A program made the translations under genes and the position numbers. Positions 1 through 8,928 of a stretch of DNA of 64,000 nt are shown in pieces. The first letter of the stretch is position 1. The number at the start of each line of letters is the position of its first letter. The notes below the pieces were generated by a model. That model saw only the letters and a list, made by a program, of their open reading frames with translations. It had not been told where the DNA came from and did not search any database. The DNA comes from an uncultured Gemmatimonadales bacterium (GTDB lineage Bacteria; Gemmatimonadota; Gemmatimonadetes; Gemmatimonadales; GWC2-71-9). The stretch is from positions 576,001-640,000 of the forward strand of contig CAWGSK010000012.1 in the NCBI GenBank assembly GCA_963825055.1, written 5' to 3'.

Positions 1-18
1 GCCCCTGAAGAGCGCCGG

Positions 19-47
19 AATATAGATACCCCACTGCCCCCCTGGAA
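19..47 (-). promoter_or_regulatory. Putative sigma70-type promoter for a gene left of the window
   Basis: Minus strand TTCCAG-N17-TATATT immediately after the stop of the 565-aa gene. Confidence 0.35.
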
Positions 48-52
48 GTCCC

Positions 53-1750
53 CTACTTGCAGTACGCCTTGACCATGGAGTCGGTCCGCTTCACCAGGCT
101 CCGCAGGTAACCCAGGTACTGGTCCACGAGGTCCGGCTTGACAGCCCGGCCCTTCGTGAGCGCGTCGAGTGACTCGTTCACCAGCGACTGTTCCTGCCGT
201 GCCATATCGCACGACTTCGCCTTCTCCGTCTCGGGATCCATCTTCGAGACCTGGATGACCGTCGCGAGCCCGAGGACGTAGTTGGCATTCGGGTAGACCC
301 GCCCCGCGGGATCGGCGAGCTTCAGGGCCTCCCGCGCCAGCATGGCCGCCCCCTCGAGGTCCTGCGGCTCCTGGAGGAGCGGCAGCGCGCCGTTCACCAG
401 GATGATGGCCGCGTTCTCCTTGTCCTGCGGCGTGCCCCGCTGGCCGACGATCTCGAACAGCGGCAGCGCCTCCTTGACCCGCTTGGCGGTCGCCAGGTTC
501 TGCGCCGCGGCCAGCGCCGGTGCGACCGTCGTCGTGTCCATCTGCAGCACGCGCTGGGTGACCACGAGCACGCTGTCCAGCTCGCCCGTCAGCGAGTACG
601 CCGTCAGGAGCTGGCTGTTGAGGTCGACGTTCTGCGGGAACTTCGCGGCACCGGCCCGCGCCCACTTGAGCAGCCGCAGCGTGTCCGGCTGCTGGGCAGC
701 CGTCACGGTGATCTTCATGTAGAAGGTGCTGTCGACCTTGGTCGAGTCGATCTGGTACGCCTGTTCCAGGGCGTCGACCGCGCAGCCGTAGTTGCTCTCG
801 AAGATGCAGACATTGCTGAGCAGGTCGTAGTTGTCCGGATTGTACGGGTCGGCTTCGATCGCCTCCTCCACGGCCGCGCGCGCCGCGTCCGTGCGCCCGG
901 TCTGGATGAAGTACTGGAACGCCTGCTTACGCAGTTCCTCGTTCGTCGGGGCCACCTGGATCATCTTCTGGTACGCCTCGACAACCTTGGCCGTATCGCC
1001 CTTCGCGTCGAACCGCGCGGCGAGCAGGGTCCAGGCCTTCAGGCTGAGCTCGTCACCCTCGACGGTCTTCTGCAGCAGCGCGATCACGGAATCGCCTGAC
1101 GCGTTGTTCTTGATCGCCATCTGAGTCAGGCAGTACCAGGCCAGCCCGTTTTCCGGGTCGGTCTTGAGCGCCTTCTTCGCCGCGTCCGAGGCCTTGTCCG
1201 GCTTCGTGGCGGAGTTGTCGATGCATTCCTTGGCGTCGGACATGGCGTCCAGCGCCGGGTTCAGCGCGTTGGCGGCCTGTTCCCCCAGGGACTGGGGGTT
1301 GGCAGTCGCGCCACTCACCACCACTGTCCGTCCGGCATCATCGTTGAGCCCGGCCAGTCGGGTGGTGAGACGCGTGGCGCCGCTGGTGCGTGCCAGCGTG
1401 GAGGAGACATAGGTCCGGGCCGAGATCGTGCCGGCAAATCTCCGCTGCACGACCGGGCTCAGGATGGCGTCGGGCGGATACCCGAACGTGGCGAGGGCGT
1501 CGTTCATCTGCTCGCGCTTGATCACCTGGAAGTTGCGCCCCCCGATCTTGTCGATCCGCTGCCGCATTGCAGAACCGACCTGCACCGCGGCCAGTGAATC
1601 GCCCGACGCGAAGGCATACGGGTTGGCCACCATGAGCCGCGGGGCGTTATTCACCCGCGTCGTGACCGCCCCCCTCGGAATCTGTGCCATCATGGGACTG
1701 GCGAGGAGCAGCCCCACCGCCGCGAGGACCATCGCACGCGAGTAACGCAT
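53..1750 (-). CDS. Secreted TPR-repeat protein (565 aa)
   Basis: Signal peptide (MRYSRAMVLAAVGLLLASPMMA|Q), GGAGG RBS, helical repeats with TPR-like A..DP.N patterns. Confidence 0.75.
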   Translation of the reverse strand: MRYSRAMVLAAVGLLLASPMMAQIPRGAVTTRVNNAPRLMVANPYAFASGDSLAAVQVGSAMRQRIDKIGGRNFQVIKREQMNDALATFGYPPDAILSPVVQRRFAGTISARTYVSSTLARTSGATRLTTRLAGLNDDAGRTVVVSGATANPQSLGEQAANALNPALDAMSDAKECIDNSATKPDKASDAAKKALKTDPENGLAWYCLTQMAIKNNASGDSVIALLQKTVEGDELSLKAWTLLAARFDAKGDTAKVVEAYQKMIQVAPTNEELRKQAFQYFIQTGRTDAARAAVEEAIEADPYNPDNYDLLSNVCIFESNYGCAVDALEQAYQIDSTKVDSTFYMKITVTAAQQPDTLRLLKWARAGAAKFPQNVDLNSQLLTAYSLTGELDSVLVVTQRVLQMDTTTVAPALAAAQNLATAKRVKEALPLFEIVGQRGTPQDKENAAIILVNGALPLLQEPQDLEGAAMLAREALKLADPAGRVYPNANYVLGLATVIQVSKMDPETEKAKSCDMARQEQSLVNESLDALTKGRAVKPDLVDQYLGYLRSLVKRTDSMVKAYCK

Positions 1751-1810
1751 TCCATTACCTCCAGGAGCGTGAACCGTCCGGCCGGCGCCTGCCGCCGGAC
1801 CCGTCTGACA

Positions 1811-1885
1811 TGGGCGAAGAGGGATTCGAACCCCCGACTTCCTGCGTGTAAGGCAGGCGCTCTGAACCAGCTGAGCTATTCGCCC
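1811..1885 (-). tRNA. tRNA-Val (anticodon TAC), CCA not encoded
   Basis: GGGCGAATAGCTCAGCTGGTTCAGAGCGCCTGCCTTACACGCAGGAAGTCGGGGGTTCGAATCCCTCTTCGCCCA: 7-bp acceptor stem, D-arm, CTTACAC loop, GTTCGAATC T-loop. Confidence 0.97.
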
Positions 1886-1909
1886 CGAGCACCGCTGCCG
1901 AATGTGCCG

Positions 1910-2101
1910 CTAGATCGCAATGCCCAGCGGAAAGAGGACACAATACCCGAGTACCAGTAAGGCAGCCGCAACCGTCGTGCCGCCCCCGGCGAGCAGGACG
2001 TACCCCAGGGCGACGGACGCAACCGCCGCGGCGAGAACCACCAGATTGCGCATGCCGAGTAGGGAACCCGAACCCGGTGCGCTGTCAGAAGATGCGGGCA
2101 T
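1910..2101 (-). CDS. Small two-TM membrane protein (DUF3098-like)
   Basis: 63 aa with two hydrophobic helices; directly downstream of a promoter-like element. Confidence 0.6.
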   Translation of the reverse strand: MPASSDSAPGSGSLLGMRNLVVLAAAVASVALGYVLLAGGGTTVAAALLVLGYCVLFPLGIAI

Positions 2102-2110
2102 AGACCGGGG

Positions 2111-2140
2111 AGATTAACTCCCCCGCCGCTTCCGGGTCAA
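2111..2140 (-). promoter_or_regulatory. Putative sigma70 promoter for the small gene, tRNA-Val and the TPR gene
   Basis: TTGACC-N18-TAATCT ending 9 nt before the ATG at 2101. Confidence 0.55.
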
Positions 2141-2229
2141 GCACCGCCCCTGCACGTCTCCTCATGCTGCCGGAAGTGTCCCCTGACGAGGCCACCCGGG
2201 ACACGTCAGCACCCCCCGCCACGAACGCC

Positions 2230-3240
2230 TCAGGGCCCGGGTGCGGAGGGGCCTCCATCACTATGGCCTCCCGCGCCCGGAAGCGCGGTGGGTTCAGTCA
2301 CACCCTCGGGATCGTCAGGTGGCGGCGCGGGCCAGCCACGGTCCAGGGCGGCGCGCCTCGGCCGGTCCATGCGCCGGCGGTTCCAGGCGAGGAACCCGAG
2401 CGCGACGGCAATGACCCCCCACATCCCACCCGCCGCCAGCCAGATGAAGAAGTTGTACCGGCGCCGGAGCCCGCGATGCCATTCGCTTTCGAACTGACCG
2501 GTCGTGAGCCCGGTGGACGCACGGAGCGCCTGGTCGAAGTCCTCGTCGTTTACCAGGCGCGTCATGAACGGCTCGAGTTGTCCACCGGGAATCCGGCGCT
2601 GGATCTCCAGCACGGCCGACATGGCCAGCGCATAGGCGTCCTCCGCCTCGCTGGAGCGGCCACGCAGCCCGGCATCGAGCGTGCGGAAGTCCGGGAGCCG
2701 CCCGCGAAGAACCGTCCATGACAGGCGAGCCGCATCCAGCCGGTCCCACTCCCCGCTCGCCATGCCCGCATAGCCCTCGTCAAACCAGAGCGGCAGCCGG
2801 ACGTGCACCGCGTCGTGCAGCGCGAGGTGGGCCAGTTCGTGGCGCAGCGTCCTCGGGAGTTCGCCGAGATCGGCACGGAGAAGGATCGTCCGGCTTGAGG
2901 GAAAGGCGAGCGCCGCGCCCCACGATGGCGCCCTGCCCTGCGTGAAACGGCGCATCGCCGTCTCGTCCCGCACCACGACGAGTCGAAGGGGGCCCGGGTC
3001 GCGCCGGCCGAGTCCGGGCCAGTCAGCAGGGCGGTCGGCGATTTCGGCCAGGCCGACCGCAAGGGAGGCCTGCGCCTCCGGGGCTACCACCACCACGTTT
3101 CCCACGCGCACGGACCGGTAGCCCGAGTCGGGCTGCTGCGCCCGGACCGGGACCGTGACCGCGAGGAGAGCCGCGGTCAGGCCGAGCCGGAACGCGGCGG
3201 CTCGCCACCACCGGCGACGAGCTCGAGCATTTCCCGACAC
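2230..3240 (-). CDS. Peptidase MA-like (gluzincin) exported, membrane-anchored protein; start uncertain
   Basis: HELAH zinc motif followed by PLWFDEGYA, signal-like N-terminus, C-terminal TM helix. Confidence 0.7.
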   Translation of the reverse strand: MSGNARARRRWWRAAAFRLGLTAALLAVTVPVRAQQPDSGYRSVRVGNVVVVAPEAQASLAVGLAEIADRPADWPGLGRRDPGPLRLVVVRDETAMRRFTQGRAPSWGAALAFPSSRTILLRADLGELPRTLRHELAHLALHDAVHVRLPLWFDEGYAGMASGEWDRLDAARLSWTVLRGRLPDFRTLDAGLRGRSSEAEDAYALAMSAVLEIQRRIPGGQLEPFMTRLVNDEDFDQALRASTGLTTGQFESEWHRGLRRRYNFFIWLAAGGMWGVIAVALGFLAWNRRRMDRPRRAALDRGWPAPPPDDPEGVTEPTALPGAGGHSDGGPSAPGP

Positions 3241-4046
3241 CGTTTGCCCCACGGGTTGAAGCGGTTGGCCTTGGCGCCGTCCTCCCACGCCCGCCGCGCC
3301 TCGTTCCTCGCGCCGGAGAACCAGCGCGCGCGTCCCAGCTCGTACCACGCTTCCACCAGGTTCGGCCCTATCTCCAGTGTCTTACGGAAGAATGCCTCCG
3401 CATCCTCATACATGTCCCGCTCGAGATAGACCAGGCCGAGGTAGAAATGCGCGTAGAGCATGGCTTTCGGATCGTTGTTGAGCCGGATCGCCTTGGACAG
3501 GTGCTCGATGGCCTCACCAAAGATGCCCTTCTTCAGACAGATGTACCCGACGTTGATCCGGGCCAGCGAATTCTCCGGCTCGCGCATGAGCACGCGGGAG
3601 AAAGTTGACAGAGACTCGTCATATTCCTCGTGCAGCATCTGGGCCCAGCCGAGCAGGCTCTGCGCCTGGGTGTCCTCGGGCGCCAGGTCCAGCGCCTTGC
3701 GCAGCGCGTCGATGGCCCCGACGTGATCCCCGAGCGAGATGAGGCTCCAGCCCTTTTCGACAAACGTCGATGCTCCCAGGTGATCGGCGTGCAGTATCGG
3801 GCGGGCGGCGGCGAACTGGGGGCCCGAAGGCCGGTCGCCCCGGCGCGTCTGCTGCTTGTAGCGGTCCACCAGGGTGCGGATCTCCTCCCGCAGTTCGCCC
3901 AGTTCCTGGAGCGCCGTCTCCACTTCCTTGAAGAAACCGATGATGTCGCGCTTGATGGATTCGAGCGCGGCCGGGTCGGGCTCGGCCCCCAGTCGCCTGT
4001 CGAGTTCGGCGTACCGGGAACGGAACGGCTCGAGTGGGGCGCTCAT
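3177..4046 (-). CDS. TPR protein with N-terminal coiled coil (289 aa)
   Basis: About 5 TPR units (ALDLAPEDTQAQSLLG, AIRLNNDPKAMLYAHFYLG); ATGA overlap with cheW. Confidence 0.8.
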   Translation of the reverse strand: MSAPLEPFRSRYAELDRRLGAEPDPAALESIKRDIIGFFKEVETALQELGELREEIRTLVDRYKQQTRRGDRPSGPQFAAARPILHADHLGASTFVEKGWSLISLGDHVGAIDALRKALDLAPEDTQAQSLLGWAQMLHEEYDESLSTFSRVLMREPENSLARINVGYICLKKGIFGEAIEHLSKAIRLNNDPKAMLYAHFYLGLVYLERDMYEDAEAFFRKTLEIGPNLVEAWYELGRARWFSGARNEARRAWEDGAKANRFNPWGKRCREMLELVAGGGEPPRSGSA

Positions 4047-4540
4047 GAGCGCTTCCGGCTCCCGCGCGCGTCGGCGGCCGCGGTGGCCACCCCGGCCAGG
4101 GCGAGCCGTTCCTTAGAACTGAGCAGCCGTCCGGCGTTCAGCATCAGGATGGTGCGCTCGCCGCGACGGACGATGCCCGAGAGGAACTCGGCGGCGAGCC
4201 CCCGCACGATGGGCGGCGGCGGGGTAATGGTGGTGCTGTCGATCCGGAGAACCTCGATCACCTGGTCCACCAGGACCCCGACCCGGTCATCATCCAGCAG
4301 CAGGATCATGATGCGGACCTCCTCGGTGAGGCCGGCGGGGACCTCCAGGCGCTTGCGCAGGTCCACCACTGGCGCAACGCCATCGCCGTAGCCGACGACA
4401 CCCTCCAGGAAATCCGGCGCATGCGGGACGCGGGACGGACGCTCATAGCGGAGAATCCGCTCGAGCTGGAAAATATCGAGTGCGAATTCCTGGTCACCGA
4501 CCCGGAATACCACAATCTGGATTTCGTCGTCAGTCGGCAC
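4043..4540 (-). CDS. cheW: Chemotaxis coupling protein CheW
   Basis: QIVVFRVGDQEFALDI, VPHAPDFLEGVV, VGVLVDQV; GTG start 6 nt after GGAGG. Confidence 0.9.
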   Translation of the reverse strand: MPTDDEIQIVVFRVGDQEFALDIFQLERILRYERPSRVPHAPDFLEGVVGYGDGVAPVVDLRKRLEVPAGLTEEVRIMILLLDDDRVGVLVDQVIEVLRIDSTTITPPPPIVRGLAAEFLSGIVRRGERTILMLNAGRLLSSKERLALAGVATAAADARGSRKRS

Positions 4541-4979
4541 CACTGGCCTCCACCGGCTGCAACCTGGCCGCGAGCAGTTCGAGATCGAGCACCGGCACGT
4601 AGGCTCCTGCCTGGCCGGCCAGTCCTGCCGCCCACGGCAGCGGGGCGCCCTGTTCCACCGGACGCAGTTCTTCGTGAATGATCGCGACGGCGTCGTCCAC
4701 CTTGAGGCAGAGCACCCGCTCATGCACCCGCATGATCACCCCCATTCCTCCCATCGCCCCGTCTGCATCGTCGTCCCCGGCCGGTCCGAGCAGCCGGGAC
4801 AGGCTGAAGAGCGGGACCAGCCGGTTGCGCGCCGGGACGACCCCGAGCAGCGCCGTCGCGGTCGCCGGCACCGGGAAGTGCTCCGGCACGTCCACTACGG
4901 CTTCGACCGACTCCACCGGGAGCCCGATGCGGCGTCCGCCCGCCACCACGAGCAGGAAGGAGGCGACGCGAGGCGTCAT
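4530..4979 (-). CDS. cheW: Divergent CheW-domain protein
   Basis: [37 protein letters not shown]. Confidence 0.75.
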   Translation of the reverse strand: MTPRVASFLLVVAGGRRIGLPVESVEAVVDVPEHFPVPATATALLGVVPARNRLVPLFSLSRLLGPAGDDDADGAMGGMGVIMRVHERVLCLKVDDAVAIIHEELRPVEQGAPLPWAAGLAGQAGAYVPVLDLELLAARLQPVEASGAD

Positions 4980-6037
4980 GCGACGGCCCGGTAGAGCAGC
5001 CCCGAGACATGCTCGGCGATGCGGCCGAGGGGCAGGACGACGTTCGCGCCGCCGGCCTGGACCGCGGCATTGGGCATTCCGTAAACCGTAGAAGTCGAGC
5101 GATCCTGCGCCACGCCGTAACCCCCCGCGTCGTGAATAGCGCGCAGGCCCGCCGCGCCGTCCCGCCCGAGTCCGGTCAGGACCACACCGATCGCACGGGG
5201 GCCATAAATCCGGCTGATGCTCTCGAAGAGCGGATCGGCGGCGGGGCGGACGCCCCAGATGGACGGTGACTGGTCGAGTGTAATGACGGGGCCGGCGGGG
5301 CCATCACCCACGCGCATATGATAACCGCCCGGGGCGACATAGGCGGTATCCGCCTGCACCACCGTGCCCTCCGACGCCTCCACGACGGCGAGCGCGCTCT
5401 GCGCGGCGAGGCGCGCGGCCAGGCCGCGGGTGAAATCGGGTGGCATGTGCTGCACGATGAGCACCGCAGCCCCGGTGCCGGTGGGCAGGTGCGGCACGAC
5501 GTCGGCCAGCGCGCGCGGCCCCCCGGTGGAGGCGGCGATGGCGACGGCGCGGGTCGCGGCCCCGATGGAACGCGAGGGCCGGGGAGGCGCCTGTGAGGGT
5601 CGGGCGAGGACCGGAAGCCGGCCGATGTCGGCCGCGCGAGCGGCGTCGAGCGCCTCCAGCAGCCGCGGTGCCAGCGCCCGGATGCCCTCCCGGCTCGGGC
5701 GGTTCTCCTTGGCCACGATCTCCACCGCGCCGAGTTCCAGCGCGCGGATCGCGCCCGCGCTGCCCGACCCGGCGTGGGAGCTGAAGACGACGATAGGGGT
5801 GGGGATCTCCGACATGATGTACCCGATCGCGCCCGCCCCGTCCAGCTGGGGCATCTCCAGATCCATCGTGATGAGGTCGGGGTGGTACTGGTGCACCTTC
5901 TGGAGGCCGTCGATTCCGTTCCGCGCGGTGGCCACGACGGCATACCGGCCGGAGTCATTGATGATCTCCGTGAGCATCTGCCGGATGAGCGCACTGTCAT
6001 CCACGATCAGCACCTTCGGCCGCTCATCAGATGACAT
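4976..6037 (-). CDS. cheB: Chemotaxis methylesterase CheB (receiver + methylesterase)
   Basis: VLIVDDS, TMDLEMP receiver; ASTGGP, VQHMP, TGLGRDG catalytic Ser/His/Asp. Confidence 0.95.
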   Translation of the reverse strand: MSSDERPKVLIVDDSALIRQMLTEIINDSGRYAVVATARNGIDGLQKVHQYHPDLITMDLEMPQLDGAGAIGYIMSEIPTPIVVFSSHAGSGSAGAIRALELGAVEIVAKENRPSREGIRALAPRLLEALDAARAADIGRLPVLARPSQAPPRPSRSIGAATRAVAIAASTGGPRALADVVPHLPTGTGAAVLIVQHMPPDFTRGLAARLAAQSALAVVEASEGTVVQADTAYVAPGGYHMRVGDGPAGPVITLDQSPSIWGVRPAADPLFESISRIYGPRAIGVVLTGLGRDGAAGLRAIHDAGGYGVAQDRSTSTVYGMPNAAVQAGGANVVLPLGRIAEHVSGLLYRAVA

Positions 6038-6506
6038 ACTCGCCCTGTGCCACCGTGCGCACGCGGATCTCTCCGGTGTCGACACTGAACCAGAGAGACC
6101 GGCCCGCGTTGCCACCGACGAGCTCACCGGTGATGGGGATCGCGTGCTGGTTCAGCACGCGGCGGACCGAGACCACGTTGCGTTCTCCCATCTGGATGGA
6201 CCCCGGCGCGCTCAGCAGGGCGAAAAGGCCCGCCCCGCCAATCAGCCGGGCAGTAATGCGACCCGCATCGGCGCCCCGGGCCTGCATGGCCACGACCAGC
6301 GCCGGCACGGCGGTCTCCGGGACCTTGGCCGGGTTATCGCTCCGGGCCAGCGTGCGGGACGGCAGCATGATGTGCGCCAGGCCGCCCACCTTGCCCGCGG
6401 GGTCGTAGAGCGCGATCGCCACGCAGCTGCCGAGGCCCAGGGTGACCAGCGTATCCCCCGCGCCCCCGGTGTTCATGTCGGCCACCCGTACCATGATGTC
6501 GCTCAT
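6027..6506 (-). CDS. cheD: Chemoreceptor glutamine deamidase CheD
   Basis: [28 protein letters not shown]. Confidence 0.93.
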   Translation of the reverse strand: MSDIMVRVADMNTGGAGDTLVTLGLGSCVAIALYDPAGKVGGLAHIMLPSRTLARSDNPAKVPETAVPALVVAMQARGADAGRITARLIGGAGLFALLSAPGSIQMGERNVVSVRRVLNQHAIPITGELVGGNAGRSLWFSVDTGEIRVRTVAQGEYVI

Positions 6507-7318
6507 CCGGCGAGCCGGTAAATGCGTTCACGGACATCCACTATCTCAAAACGTTCACGGATGGGGCCGAGTATGGTTTCCACCTTTCCCAGGACGAGGA
6601 GCCCACCCGGGGCGAGGGCACGGGCGAACCCCTCAAAGATGCGGTCCTGCCCCGCGCGGTCGAAGTAGATGAGCACGTTGCGGCAGATGATCATGTCGTA
6701 GGGCGCCGCAACCGGCGGGTCACGATGCAGGTCGAGCCGGGCGACGCGCACCCGCCGCCGCAGCCGCTCGCTGATCCGGAGCTGCCCGCCATCCGGTTCG
6801 GTGTAGCGCTCGACGAGGGCCGGAGGAGTATCCTTGAAGAGGATCGTGGGATACAGGGCCGCCGCCGCGCGTTCCAGCGAGGCGCGGTCGATGTCAGTTG
6901 CATCCACCGTGACGCCCCCGAGTGCCCCGGGCCGACCGTTGCGTTCCGCGACCTCGGCCACCGCCATGATCAGGGAGTACGGCTCCTCGCCTGAGGCGCA
7001 CCCGGCGCTCCAGAGGCGGATCGGAACCCGCTCGAGCAGGCCGGCGAGCAGGTCGTCGCGGAGCCGGGCCCACAATTCCGGGTTCCGGAAGAAGGTGGTC
7101 ACGTTGATCGTGAGCACGTCGGCCAGCTTCCCGTACTCCGCCGGGTCGCGCTCCAGGACCTTGAGGTAGTCCTCGTAGCTTTCCACACCGTGTGCCCGCA
7201 TCCGGACCGCGATCCGCCGCTGAAGGCAGCGCGGCTTGTAGGACGCCGGGCAGAGCACCCCGTGGTCCGCGATGACTCGCGTGAGCGCCTCGAATCCGGG
7301 ATCCACCGGCGTGCTCAC
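6503..7318 (-). CDS. cheR: Chemotaxis methyltransferase CheR
   Basis: LTINVTTFFRNP, WSAGCASGEEPYS, ATDID, DMIICRNVLIYF; GTG start overlapping the upstream stop. Confidence 0.95.
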   Translation of the reverse strand: MSTPVDPGFEALTRVIADHGVLCPASYKPRCLQRRIAVRMRAHGVESYEDYLKVLERDPAEYGKLADVLTINVTTFFRNPELWARLRDDLLAGLLERVPIRLWSAGCASGEEPYSLIMAVAEVAERNGRPGALGGVTVDATDIDRASLERAAAALYPTILFKDTPPALVERYTEPDGGQLRISERLRRRVRVARLDLHRDPPVAAPYDMIICRNVLIYFDRAGQDRIFEGFARALAPGGLLVLGKVETILGPIRERFEIVDVRERIYRLAG

Positions 7319-8928
7319 TGCCCCGCCCCCAGCGTCTCGAGGTTGGTGCGGGCCAGCTCGTGCCCGGGATTGATCGCCGTCGCCCGCTCCCAGCAATGTC
7401 GCGCCGTGTCGGGGTCACGCTGCCGGTACGCGATATTGCCGAGCTTGAAGTAGAGGTCGTCTCCCAGCTCGGGCGCGAGGCGCGCCGCCCGCTGGTACGC
7501 GTCGCGGGCTTCGTCATACCGTCCCGCGCGGTACAGCAGGTCGCCGAGGTTCTTGGTGATCTGCGGAAGGGTTGGGGCCTCCTCCAGCGCCTCACGGACG
7601 AGCGACTCGGCCTCGCCCACATCGCCCCGCAGCTCCAGCAGGACGGCGAGATTGTTCCGGAGGACCGGGTTCGAGGGCCATGCCGCGATCCCCTCGCGGC
7701 CGACTTCCACCGCCTCGTCCACGTCATCCTGCAGGGCGGCGGACATCATGGCTGCCCAGAACCACAACGGCGATGGTGTCGCGTCCCCCCAGGCCTCGCG
7801 CGCATCGGTGAGCCGGTCCCGGGCCTTCGCGGCATCGTCCCTCCGGAGCGCCAGGATGGCCCAGCCGGTCAGCGCGGCGGGGCCTGCGCCCAGGTCCACG
7901 GCCCTGGCATACGCCCCCTCAGCGTCTTCATCCTGTCCGAGGTGCTCGAGGGCGACACCGAGATTGTGGCACACGTCGGCCCGGTCGCCGCCCAGGTCCC
8001 GGGCGCGGGCGAGGGCGTGCACGGCGTCGCCCCAGCGGGACTCCCGCAGCGCAATCTGGCCGAGCTGCCGGGGCGCGTCAGGATCAGCTGGACGCAGTTC
8101 CTCCACCCGACGGTACTCGCGCTTCGCTTCCTCGAGCATGCCTGTCTTGTAGAAGGCGACTCCCAGGTTCCGGTGCTCCTCCACCCGGACATCCCGCGCC
8201 CGCGGTGCCGCCGTGGCGGTGGTGCCGGTCCGGTGCAGGAAGCCCGCGGTGAGGAGGCCGTAAAGGGCCTGCCCGACCTCGAACTCCACCAGGCCGGCGT
8301 CCTCGATGAGCTGGCGGATGTCACGGGTGCCGTCCAGCAGGGGCAGCAGCCGCTGCTGGTGCGGCGACAGGCTCACGTCGGAACGATCGACGTGGTCGCT
8401 GTCCAGGGTGAAGATGATGTCGAAGCTGGGGATTTTCTTCTCGATAATGCTCCACTCGTCCACCCGCCTGGCACCTTCGAGGAGGAGCGACTCGGGATTG
8501 ATCTGGACGAGGAAGTCCTGCTCGTCGGGCGTGATGCCCGCCTCAAAGTTGAACGTGCCGCTGTTCCAGGTGAACAGATAGTAGACCGCCTCCTCGATCT
8601 GGAGCCGGATATACGACTCCAGGTCGGCCCGTGAGATCGCGCCGTCATCAACCAGGATCTCCCCGAGTTTCCTGCCGCGGTCGGTCGCCTGGCGGGCCAT
8701 CGCCTGCTCCAGTTGCGACTGGCTGATCTGCCCGTTCTTGACGAGGATATCGCCCAGGCGGTCCCGGCGGTTTACGATGGACGCGTAGGTGATCCGGCCA
8801 CGCTCGAAGTAGATGTATCCGAAGTTGTGGCGGTCGGCAACGGCAAGACAGCCGGTCTTCCGTCCGAGCGCGAGCAACTGGAGGACGTCCGGGAGGCTCG
8901 CTTCCTTGAGACTGCCGCGGATCGCCAT
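7315..8928 (-). CDS. DUF4388 (PatA-N/PATAN-like) domain + MshEN-like insert + TPR protein (537 aa)
   Basis: GSLKEASLPDVLQLLALGRKTGCL, W.SGTFNF, LLLEGARRVDEW; RLGDILVKNG repeat; C-terminal TPRs. Confidence 0.85.
   Translation of the reverse strand: MAIRGSLKEASLPDVLQLLALGRKTGCLAVADRHNFGYIYFERGRITYASIVNRRDRLGDILVKNGQISQSQLEQAMARQATDRGRKLGEILVDDGAISRADLESYIRLQIEEAVYYLFTWNSGTFNFEAGITPDEQDFLVQINPESLLLEGARRVDEWSIIEKKIPSFDIIFTLDSDHVDRSDVSLSPHQQRLLPLLDGTRDIRQLIEDAGLVEFEVGQALYGLLTAGFLHRTGTTATAAPRARDVRVEEHRNLGVAFYKTGMLEEAKREYRRVEELRPADPDAPRQLGQIALRESRWGDAVHALARARDLGGDRADVCHNLGVALEHLGQDEDAEGAYARAVDLGAGPAALTGWAILALRRDDAAKARDRLTDAREAWGDATPSPLWFWAAMMSAALQDDVDEAVEVGREGIAAWPSNPVLRNNLAVLLELRGDVGEAESLVREALEEAPTLPQITKNLGDLLYRAGRYDEARDAYQRAARLAPELGDDLYFKLGNIAYRQRDPDTARHCWERATAINPGHELARTNLETLGAGQ

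Noticed and set aside
1755..1943. 62-aa ORF across the tRNA, and the tRNA as an integration site
   Set aside because: The ORF is just the tRNA translated; no integrase, duplicated tRNA 3' end or compositional island is seen
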